Shown: positions 28,901 through 35,315 of the stretch, one piece after another
Position numbering within the stretch: the stretch's first letter is position 1
Layout of the letters: the number at the start of each line of letters is the position of its first letter
Assembly (NCBI GenBank): GCA_024711065.1
Contig: JANJTN010000035.1
Coordinates: 1-54,925, forward strand
Origin: a bacterium
GTDB lineage: Bacteria; Bacteroidota; Ignavibacteria; Kapaibacteriales; Kapaibacteriaceae
Reading direction: 5' to 3'
DNA: 54,925 nt
The notes under the pieces: model-generated
What the model was told of the DNA's origin: nothing
The model's input: the letters and a program-made list of their open reading frames with translations, nothing else
Database searches by the model: none
Translations under genes and position numbers: made by a program

Positions 28901-31900
28901 ACGCCGGTCATCAACGGTGCCGAGAAGGCTTGCGACAACAGTGTCTATACGTACAGCACGGCGAACAACGCCCCGAACAACGTGTACCAGTGGGTTGTTA
29001 CGAACGTGGGCTCGGCTGGTAACGCTACGATCACGAGTGGTGCCAATCAGGCTACCGCTACCGTGCTCACGGGCGATATCACCGGCGGTGCTTCGTTCAC
29101 GCTTCAGCTGACGGAGACGGTGTTGGCTACGAACTGTACCAAGACCGTGTCGAAAGTGATCACGATCGTCGAGAAGCCGAACCCGACCATCACACGCACG
29201 GCTCCGGCCGGTGGTGCTGTTGGCGGCGCTTGCCTTGGCCAGACCATTACCTACGGTAACACGGATCCGGTCGCTGGCAACCCGAACTACAGCTACAAGT
29301 GGTCGGTCAGCAACGGTACGATCGTTGGCTCGGACGAAGCTGCTACGCTCCAGGTTACCTGGAACACGGTGGGCTCCGGTACGGTCACGCTCATGAAGTG
29401 GCACACCGGCTCGCAGTGCACCACCACGGTGTCGCAAACCGTGAACATCGTGAACACGCCGGCTCCGACCATCACAGGTCCGAACTCGGTCTGTGGCACA
29501 ACGGAGCATGGCTACAGCACGCCGAACATCGCTGGCAACACCTATGCTTGGGTGATCTCGGGCAACGGTGTGTTCACCAGCGCTCAGAACACCAATAGCG
29601 TGATGGTCAAGTTCAACAACCCGACCCCGGGCAACACGTTGAGCTCGACACTCACAGTAACGGAAACCAACACGTTGAGTGGCTGCTTTGCCAGCGCCTC
29701 GCTGGTGGTGTCCGTGAAGTATCAACCGCAAGTGGCTACGATCACGCGTGTGAGCCCGGCTGGCCCGGCCAACCAGGCTTGTAACAACTCTACGATCATC
29801 TACAGTGTACCGAGCAATACCGGCGCTACCTATCAGTGGGCAGTGACGGGCGGTACGATCGTGAGCGGCGGCACCACCAACCAAGCCACGATCCAGTGGA
29901 CGAACGTTGGTACGCAGACGATCACGGTGGTAGAGAAGAATGCCACGGGCGACTGCCAGGCAACGTCCACGCTAAACGTTGGCGTGACCTATCAGCCGGT
30001 TCCTGCCATCACCGGCAGCGCTACCGTCTGTACGGGTGACATTGTTTCGTACTCCACGCCGGCTGTGCCGGGTAGCACCTATCTCTGGTCGCTCCCGAGC
30101 GCTGGTGGCAACATCCTCTCCGGCTCGACCTCGAATGAGGTCACGATCGAGTGGATCCTGACCGGTGCCCGCACCGTGCAGGTGGTGGAAACCAACGGTA
30201 ACTGTACGGCAACGGCTACGCTGACCGTGAACATCGGCAAGACGCCGACTAGCACGGACATAAGCCGCATCTCGCCGGCCGGTAACGTGGCAGTGGCTTG
30301 CGTGAATCAAACCATTACCTACTCGACGCCGAACAACGGTACCAGCTCGTACCTCTGGACGGTCACGGGTGGTAGCATCATCGGTGCGAACAACACCAAT
30401 ACGGTAGTTGTGGAATGGACCACGATCGGCAGCCAAACGCTGACGGTGAAGGAAACGACCACGGGTACGATGTGCTCCAAGACGGACGTTCAAAACGTCT
30501 CCGTCGAAGACCAGCCGAATCCGTCGATCGCCGGTCCGACGCCGGTCTGTACGGGCGACGTCTCGACGTACTCCGTGGCAGCTGTTGGCGGTCATTCCTA
30601 TAGCTGGTCGCTGAGCGGCGGTGGCAACATCGTTACCAGCACCAATTCGAACTCGATCAACATCGCTTGGACCAGCGCTGGCTCGCACACCATCACGGTG
30701 GTGCAGAACAACGCAACGGGCAACTGTACGGCTACGGCTACGATGAGCGTGTCGGTGGGTCAGACCCCGATCCAGACATCGATCGCTGGCGACGCTACGG
30801 TCTGCAACGGTTCGAACGAAGTGTACAGCGTAACCGCGATCGGTGGTCAGAACTATGTCTGGACCATCACCGGTGGCTCGATCGTTTCGGGTCAAGGCAC
30901 GAACGCCATCACGGTGCAGTGGACCTCGATCGGCAACCAGACGGTTGACGTCGAGATCTCCACGATCGGTACCAACTGTAAGAAGACGCTCACCAAGAAC
31001 GTGACCGTCGAATTCCAGCCGGCTCCGTCCATCACGGGCGACGCTACGGTGTGTACGGACGATGTGGAGATGTACTCCACGCCGGCCAACGCTGGTAGCA
31101 CCTACGCCTGGACGGTAACGGGTGGTACGATCACCTCTGGCAACACCTCGAATGCCATCACGGTTCAGTGGACCACCGCTGGTACACAGACCGTGACTGT
31201 GACTGAGACAAATGCATCAGGCAACTGTCTTGCTACAGCTTCGCTGAGCGTAGAGGTCAGCCAGACACCCAATACTGACGAGATCGTCCGTACTGACGGC
31301 GGCAACGTGGCTCACGCCTGCGAAGGGTATACCTACGAGTACAACGCTCCGACGGCTACGCCGGCCCAGTATGACTTCTTCTGGACCGTTACCGGTGGAG
31401 AGTTCGTTGACGGTATTAACAACAAGCGTCTTGTAAGCGTGAAGTGGACGTCGACCGGTACGCAAACGCTGACCGTCAAGGTTTGGCGCCCGGGTACCGA
31501 CTGCGAAGTGACCGTTACCCAGAACGTGTCGGTCACGCCGACGCCGCAACCGAACATCAACGGTGCCACGATCTCTTGTATCAACAAGGATCATGTGTAT
31601 CAGACGCCGTACGTGGCTGGTAACACCTACGAGTGGACCATCACGCCGGCTAACGTGTTCGCTCCGATCACGGGCTATCCGACATCGAACGTCATCGAAG
31701 TGAAGTGGATCCAGCCGGGTCTGCACACCATGACGCTCACGGAAACGAACGTGGCTGGTGGTTGCGAAACAACGGTCTCGATCAACGTTCAGGTGAACCT
31801 GATCCCGGATCCGTTCATCACGAGCACGACGGGCTATGGCAATCCTCCGGGACGCCGCCCTGGCATCGTCTGTAACTTCAGCACGCACACGTACACGACC

Positions 31901-34312
31901 ACGCTTGATGCTGCGAACGCCGGTAACACGTTCATCTGGACGGTAACGGGCGGTACGATCATCACGGGTCAGTACACCAACACGATCGACGTGACCTGGG
32001 GTCCGGCTGGTATCGGTACCATCGCTGTTGAAGAAACAGTGCCGGGTAGCGACTGTATCACCACGATCCTGGATTCGATCGACATTCGTCCGACACCGTC
32101 GCCGGCGATCACTGGTCAGGTGAACCCATGCGTCAACAGTGTTCAGCAGTACACCACGCCGTTCGTGGCTGGTAATAGCTACAACTGGACAGTTGTTGGT
32201 GGCGTGATCCTGAATGGTCAAGGCACGAATACGCTTACGGTTCGCTGGAACAGCACCAACTGGCCGAACACCATTGCCGGCTCTGTGTCGGTAACGGAAT
32301 GGGTCACGGACGTTCTGCCGAGCATGAGCTGCATCAATAGCACCACCATGAATGTGACGGTCCGCCCGGATCCGCCGACGCCGAACATCATTGGCAACTT
32401 CACGGTCTGTGCTACGGATCTGAACACGACCCCGGCTACGGATAACATCACGACCTACTCGACCACGGCTCCGGCCCAAGGCTCGGCTCAAGGCTTCGTG
32501 ACGTATCAGTGGACGGTGTCCAGCAACGGTCAGATCGTTGGTTCGTCGACCGGCACCAGCACCAGCGTTCGCTGGTTCAATGCCGGCACCACGCCGACGG
32601 TTGGTACGATCACGATCCGCCTGACGTCGACCTTCGGCTGTACCAGCCAGTTCACGCAGTCGGTCACGATCAACCCGATCCCGACGCCGGACATCAGTGG
32701 TCCGCTCTCGGTCTGCCACAACGCTCTGCACACGTATAGCACGCCGGGTTATCCGGGTCACGTCTACAACTGGACGGTGACGGGTGGTAACGTGATCCGC
32801 AGCGGCCAAGGCACGCCGAATGTGACGGTCGAGTGGACGGTACCGGGTACGTACGACCTGACGGTTTCGGAAACGAACACCTACGGCTGTACGGTCCTGA
32901 ACCGCGTGAGTGTGACGGTGAACGAACTGCCGACGGCAATGATCGAGGTCTCCGGACCGACGACCTTCTGCCAGGGCGGCGATGTGACCCTGACCGCTCC
33001 GATCGGCTTCGCTTCGTATGTCTGGTCGACCGGTGAAACGGCTCGCAGCATCGTTGTCCGCACCACAGGTCAGTACTGGGTGAAGGTCACGGATGCCAAT
33101 GGTTGCTCGAACAACTCGGACACCGTTACGGTGAACGTGTTCCCGAACAGCCTGCCGATCATCACGGTCAGCGGCCCGACCACGTTCTGTGAAGGCGGCA
33201 GTGTAACGCTTACGGCACCGGCTGGCTTTGACGCCTACCTGTGGTCGACCGGCGAAACCACGCAGTCCATCACGGTCTCCGAAACCGGTTCCTACACCGT
33301 AACGGTTGCTGATAACAACGGCTGTACGGGTACGTCCACGGAAGTTGACGTGTTCGTGAATCCGAAGCCGTCGCCGGTTCTCACGGTTGTGGGTTCCACG
33401 ACGATCTGCTCGGGTGAAGAGGTCGAAGTTCGTGCTCCGCTTGGCTACGTCTCCTACACGTGGATTTCCACGTCGGGTACCAGCTATGGAACGGATCGCT
33501 CGATCACGGTCTCGCAATCGGATACCATCTACTGCCAGGTTGTTGACGCTAACGGTTGCGTCGGCGAATCGGATACCGTGATCATCACGGTCAGCCCGGT
33601 TGTCGCTCCGATCGTTGCAGCTAACGGCCCGACGGAATTCTGCGACGGCGGCTCTGTGAAGCTGTCCGCTCCGGAAGGTTTCGCAACGTACTTCTGGTCG
33701 AACGGCGCAACCACGCGCGAGATCGTTGTTCAAGACGGTGGCAACTACTCCGTCACGGTTACGAGCAACGCAGCTTGCGAATCGGTTTCGCTTCCGACGG
33801 AAGTGGTGGTCTTCCCGCTGCCGGCACGTCCGAGCATCGCCCGTACGGGTGACACGCTCAAGGCGGTCTCGGTTGTGGCTGAGTCCTACCAGTGGTATCG
33901 CAACGGCGTGATGATGCCGGGTGCCGAGGAGTCCTTCCTCGTGGTCAACCAGCCTGGTGTGTATCGCGTCTCGATCGCCGACAATAACACGTGTGCCTCG
34001 ATCTCGGATGGCTTCGACGTCATCCTCACGGATGTGAACGACGATGTCTTCGCCGGTCACGCTCCGGAACTTTCGATCTTCCCGAACCCGACCAATGGTC
34101 AGTTCACGATCGAAGGCGAGATCAACGTCACGGGTAACGTCCAGATCGAACTCGTCAACATGATCGGCGAGGTTGTGATGACGAATACAGTGAATGCAAA
34201 CGGCGGAATGTTCTCGCAGGCCATGAACATGGGCACGCTGGCAAGCGGCGTGTACAATGTGGTGGTCACCACGGAGAACCACCGCTGGACGATCCGTCTG
34301 GTCCGTCAGTAA
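22937..34312 (+). CDS. Giant (~3,791 aa) secreted multi-module surface protein with a T9SS type-A C-terminal sorting domain
   Basis: ATG 22937 is preceded by GGAGGA (22927-22932) and gives a signal peptide (RSGFAVLTFLLAILLGSVAPPSLQSQ). The body is Thr/Gly/Asn/Val-rich repeated modules. The C-terminus is ELSIFPNPTNGQFTIEGE...GVYNVVVTTENHRWTIRLVRQ. The track start at 22772 adds 55 unlikely residues. Confidence 0.85.
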   Translation: MTSFGSAIRNAHSRSGFAVLTFLLAILLGSVAPPSLQSQVTLSATPASPECFGVNIQLTADVTNRQTPAPAAVNAIAWPGGLVAQAAVGNAAGAVNDLVLGDDELSGEQNPAKTVNGGGGDFEFDFYGQTLNLSNDGFYVSSNGFITFINNNAATGIIPAGVPDAAAPNHTIILANVDLDPNAGGDIWWQVQNDGNGDILVITFDAVPYVNPFQANLATFQVIIYAADHGTNANRIEWRIDELPQPGGVYGVYAGYENSCGTRGQAAYNVDNVAFGAVNDAAWESVGQVVAAPYADITVQYFRGATLMGTVGPINAPVPANSLVNFNVPVAHRQVGTHNYSAVVTYEYNDCTTDQATSNTVVYEVVANPAPPQPTVSAPACGLSTATASVPANGSNSYTWTQTGGPGGAITGFVPNGTNAAASTTMSFDNTLLNPSGTALTVQVTEALTVDPFCSGSNTRVFTAYRTPDQPLITGSGANNGGINPPALPGASGNPCAGTSRTYTATAVGTDGNTYYRWQLSGAPAGTTINGVAVVAGAQTVTKTGNTVVIAWGNSTTDVTATLVVTASNGTGGSVGSPGSNKSCVGLASAATSVFINGVPAAQQVVQTVPPAAGATSIVCENETRTYGVTLTHPGSSFNWTVTNTVNAPIAAGPGTYNLVTGAPPNNNSATIDWNGAGTYRVQVTETTSGGCVTVHTFHTVTVNNQPNPSLSAPAPALQCTYIGGPITNGQNLAQYTYTVTPESAANKFDWAVSNGIFVSTGLSTASYNPLGAGGTQQVRWTSPGVNQVSVTETIVATGCSKTVTQNVTVTASPTPKTISGPGYNTGLAGNPCAGTGPHVYNVTGPVGGNTYNWNFPGANGGASFVGATNLPTVSINWGAAGTYTLRLTETEPVAGCVTERTFSITVNPQPIVNVTPGLTDVCVGNTVQFSVAPNATILPGATYAWSVIGPGAAIVGPANQPTVTVQGTVAFNAPSVSVTVTNPGAGACSQSNSALLFVNPFPATAAPTVPAPICVGGNYNIQLNATGFPWTQDRFWSATLRPTVPYTGSSNLTLTNANAYSNTFNWNITIGDSSLADILAGGQFEIDVTITDIGWWSGVACTDGPDTYGPYTVEPRPTRPVADFVTPVCDDNYDQFYQITNFNAAYTYSLSSNQGGLVYAINPGTGEITISDWGAPSLTKVITLDVNDGTCNRVQLYDIDVYAAPANPQPAPITINAVCVDSGYFDNPGVLGPVTPTRTVTYSAPSPIAGHWYQWYVTNGFIVEAGNSVGQFTTATQNATSATVVWTGPNPGKVKYLVFTSDPNAAPPAPCFATSIEPTVNLPIIPDVPLSFTTSSNVVDDKVCEGNPVTLTLSGSKVGLSYRVEEWNGATWADAGIAPVAGTGAAINIVVPSSVLDIVSSPTTDHVFRITAKDLAFAPGIAGPCEWLRTATDVITITVYDTPDDKPVVIDPSTALVCDGDNVQVLVGNGGNGTQTFVEYSLERRQLFPALGGWAPVAGSAQMGNGGQITLVDNTTAGIGTGGPLLNVNNYEWRVSALIPPAPLNPPAGGCQVYMATTAAAKVFEYPTDPTVTFSPNPVCWEEDITVNLANTQAGVEYEVNVNGTDLSPQVILQGTGGNVSVAFNSTLIQAMNPNVNNIVANVQVEARLVQNGTYTRPIPASTCPIQYGTTNINVLEKPVAAISGPDSVCGPSTTDFVGAPVTPSPISTYDWLLVAPVHPGTTPITANNTGNGTVNPYTVNWGVLNLNCDGTYNFVNQTIRMIVTNNNGCTDTAFKVVKINPTVDDAAIVGDNQACIYGGYEEHLETYSIKRPDPCVYPAGTTFFWSMPTGTVSGAIRSGQFTETIIAEWHTTGGSGIGTVTATVTLPASHGGCATTRTLDVAVYPLPVPTIAGPASVCQNQQNVAYTADNYPTDQYFWSVIGGKIDGGTGNGVVGDTAKRNGVALNTITVDWNDTPNPNAFVRLKQVSAQGCMEITDFAVVVNPTPTPVINGAEKACDNSVYTYSTANNAPNNVYQWVVTNVGSAGNATITSGANQATATVLTGDITGGASFTLQLTETVLATNCTKTVSKVITIVEKPNPTITRTAPAGGAVGGACLGQTITYGNTDPVAGNPNYSYKWSVSNGTIVGSDEAATLQVTWNTVGSGTVTLMKWHTGSQCTTTVSQTVNIVNTPAPTITGPNSVCGTTEHGYSTPNIAGNTYAWVISGNGVFTSAQNTNSVMVKFNNPTPGNTLSSTLTVTETNTLSGCFASASLVVSVKYQPQVATITRVSPAGPANQACNNSTIIYSVPSNTGATYQWAVTGGTIVSGGTTNQATIQWTNVGTQTITVVEKNATGDCQATSTLNVGVTYQPVPAITGSATVCTGDIVSYSTPAVPGSTYLWSLPSAGGNILSGSTSNEVTIEWILTGARTVQVVETNGNCTATATLTVNIGKTPTSTDISRISPAGNVAVACVNQTITYSTPNNGTSSYLWTVTGGSIIGANNTNTVVVEWTTIGSQTLTVKETTTGTMCSKTDVQNVSVEDQPNPSIAGPTPVCTGDVSTYSVAAVGGHSYSWSLSGGGNIVTSTNSNSINIAWTSAGSHTITVVQNNATGNCTATATMSVSVGQTPIQTSIAGDATVCNGSNEVYSVTAIGGQNYVWTITGGSIVSGQGTNAITVQWTSIGNQTVDVEISTIGTNCKKTLTKNVTVEFQPAPSITGDATVCTDDVEMYSTPANAGSTYAWTVTGGTITSGNTSNAITVQWTTAGTQTVTVTETNASGNCLATASLSVEVSQTPNTDEIVRTDGGNVAHACEGYTYEYNAPTATPAQYDFFWTVTGGEFVDGINNKRLVSVKWTSTGTQTLTVKVWRPGTDCEVTVTQNVSVTPTPQPNINGATISCINKDHVYQTPYVAGNTYEWTITPANVFAPITGYPTSNVIEVKWIQPGLHTMTLTETNVAGGCETTVSINVQVNLIPDPFITSTTGYGNPPGRRPGIVCNFSTHTYTTTLDAANAGNTFIWTVTGGTIITGQYTNTIDVTWGPAGIGTIAVEETVPGSDCITTILDSIDIRPTPSPAITGQVNPCVNSVQQYTTPFVAGNSYNWTVVGGVILNGQGTNTLTVRWNSTNWPNTIAGSVSVTEWVTDVLPSMSCINSTTMNVTVRPDPPTPNIIGNFTVCATDLNTTPATDNITTYSTTAPAQGSAQGFVTYQWTVSSNGQIVGSSTGTSTSVRWFNAGTTPTVGTITIRLTSTFGCTSQFTQSVTINPIPTPDISGPLSVCHNALHTYSTPGYPGHVYNWTVTGGNVIRSGQGTPNVTVEWTVPGTYDLTVSETNTYGCTVLNRVSVTVNELPTAMIEVSGPTTFCQGGDVTLTAPIGFASYVWSTGETARSIVVRTTGQYWVKVTDANGCSNNSDTVTVNVFPNSLPIITVSGPTTFCEGGSVTLTAPAGFDAYLWSTGETTQSITVSETGSYTVTVADNNGCTGTSTEVDVFVNPKPSPVLTVVGSTTICSGEEVEVRAPLGYVSYTWISTSGTSYGTDRSITVSQSDTIYCQVVDANGCVGESDTVIITVSPVVAPIVAANGPTEFCDGGSVKLSAPEGFATYFWSNGATTREIVVQDGGNYSVTVTSNAACESVSLPTEVVVFPLPARPSIARTGDTLKAVSVVAESYQWYRNGVMMPGAEESFLVVNQPGVYRVSIADNNTCASISDGFDVILTDVNDDVFAGHAPELSIFPNPTNGQFTIEGEINVTGNVQIELVNMIGEVVMTNTVNANGGMFSQAMNMGTLASGVYNVVVTTENHRWTIRLVRQ
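24040..32920 (+). repeat. About 30 consecutive ~80-115-aa two-Cys PKD-like/Ig-like modules separated by Pro-rich linkers (coding repeat, diverged)
   Basis: Recurrent pattern: P-x-P linker, then I(T/S/A)G-x3-VC-x6-Y, then G-x-(T/S)Y-x-W, then a G-rich strand, T(V/I)xW, G-x-x-T(V/L)-V-E-N, G-C, and V-x-V. I counted the modules by eye; boundaries are approximate. Confidence 0.7.
32921..34020 (+). repeat. Five ~73-aa short Ig-like modules (the last degenerate) of the type C-x-GG-x-V-x-L-x-A-x6-Y-x-WS-x-G ... NGC
   Basis: Examples: GPTTFCQGGDVTLTAPIGFASYVWSTGETARSIVV...DANGCSNNSDTVTVNVFP and GPTTFCEGGSVTLTAPAGFDAYLWSTGETTQSITV...DNNGCTGTSTEVDVFVNP. Confidence 0.7.
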
Positions 34313-34336
34313 TCCTGACGATCAGCAGAAACAACA

Positions 34337-34370
34337 CAAGGGGCGCACGCAAGTGCGCCCCTTGTTGTTT
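34337..34370 (+). terminator. Rho-independent terminator after the giant gene
   Basis: Perfect 12-bp GC-rich stem (CAAGGGGCGCAC 34337-34348 with GTGCGCCCCTTG 34353-34364), a GCAA tetraloop, then TTGTTT. It lies 25 nt after the TAA at 34310-34312. Confidence 0.8.
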
Positions 34371-34462
34371 ATAGCCTAACCTTCGGAGTTTTGTAACGAA
34401 GGCGTCACTGCGCGGTCTGTACGACCACGATCTCAGATCATTCACTAATTACATTGGACAGT

Positions 34463-35305
34463 ATGCATCGGTTGTTCTGTACACTGTTGGTTCTATCGTT
34501 GCTCTTTCTTCCAGCCACCGTGATGGCATCATCAAGCGGCGTAACGCAGCGGTCCACTCTCACGTCTGCCGGTTGCGGCACCGGTACGTGCCATGGTGCC
34601 CAGCCTTCGTCTGCCGTGTCGGTTAGACTGGCGCAAGCGGTTGAAGGTCGCGTGACCGTAGCACCTGGCTCGACCACCACGCTGACCGTAGTGGTAAGCC
34701 ACGCTTCCCAGAAGGCCGCGGGGGTGAACATCTCCGTCGCAACGGCACTGAATGGGAACATGGCCGCCGGTACCCTGGCACCAGCGGGCCTGGGAAGTGG
34801 CCTTCGTGCTTCGCAAGGGCAACTCACACACTCGTTCCCAAAGACCATGGCGAATGGCGAAGCACGTTTCGAGTTCACCTGGAAAGCCCCCTCCGAAGAA
34901 GGCACCTATTTCCTTCACGCTGTGGGGAATACGGTGAACAGTAACGGTGTTCCGAGCGGCGACTTCTGGGCATGGCTCGAACCCATCGAGATCGTGGTGT
35001 CGGGTACGAACTCTGTGAATGAAGCTGCGTTCGTACACGGCGCAGCGCAGATCGCGCCACTGCCGGCTCACGGCGAGGTGACCATCTCCGTACCGGTGAC
35101 CGCCGGCGAGCCCCTTTCCGTGCAGATCATGGATGCCACGGGCTCCGTGGTCCGATCCGAGCAGACCCGTTCCAATACCGACCACTTCGTGTACGTCTGG
35201 GATGGGCGCACATCATCCGGTGAGGCCGCGCCTTCCGGAACCTATACCGTAGCGGTGATCAATGGCCGACGCATTCAAACCGGTAGGGCTGTGATCATGC
35301 GCTAA
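34463..35305 (+). CDS. Secreted Reeler-like beta-sandwich protein with an N-terminal CX4CH motif and a FlgD-Ig/T9SS-like C-terminal domain
   Basis: ATG 34463 (the track uses TTG 34454). Signal peptide MHRLFCTLLVLSLLFLPATVMA. It contains CGTGTCHG, the motif FEFTWKAPSEEGTYFLHAVGNTVNSNGVPSGDFW, and the C-terminus VYVWDGRTSSGEAAPSGTYTVAVINGRRIQTGRAVIMR. Confidence 0.6.
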   Translation: MHRLFCTLLVLSLLFLPATVMASSSGVTQRSTLTSAGCGTGTCHGAQPSSAVSVRLAQAVEGRVTVAPGSTTTLTVVVSHASQKAAGVNISVATALNGNMAAGTLAPAGLGSGLRASQGQLTHSFPKTMANGEARFEFTWKAPSEEGTYFLHAVGNTVNSNGVPSGDFWAWLEPIEIVVSGTNSVNEAAFVHGAAQIAPLPAHGEVTISVPVTAGEPLSVQIMDATGSVVRSEQTRSNTDHFVYVWDGRTSSGEAAPSGTYTVAVINGRRIQTGRAVIMR

Positions 35306-35315
35306 CGCGAAGTCC

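Noticed and set aside
26384-29884. Very long ORFs antisense to real genes. Examples: 26384-29884, 31217-34282, 23249-24055, 24083-25033 and 29972-30895 opposite the giant gene; 1546-2994 opposite clpC; 9910-11805 opposite atpH/atpA; 7937-9055, 17978-19294, 35961-37517 and 45045-47429; and plus-strand 51787-53553, 48164-49078 and 39690-40514 opposite minus-strand genes.
   Set aside because: Each one I checked lies in the antisense frame that is codon-aligned with the sense gene (its coordinates are congruent modulo 3 with the sense codon boundaries). That frame stays open whenever the sense gene avoids TTA, CTA and TCA codons, as high-GC genes do. Their translations are Arg/His/Gly/Asp-rich low-complexity sequences with no motifs. 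They are shadow ORFs, not overlapping genes.
24040-34020. Internal repeats of the giant gene considered as a mobile element, an IS cluster or an assembly artefact from collapsed repeats.
   Set aside because: The frame is continuous for 11.4 kb. The modules have diverged at DNA level, with no long identical stretches seen, and no transposase, inverted terminal repeats or target duplications are present.
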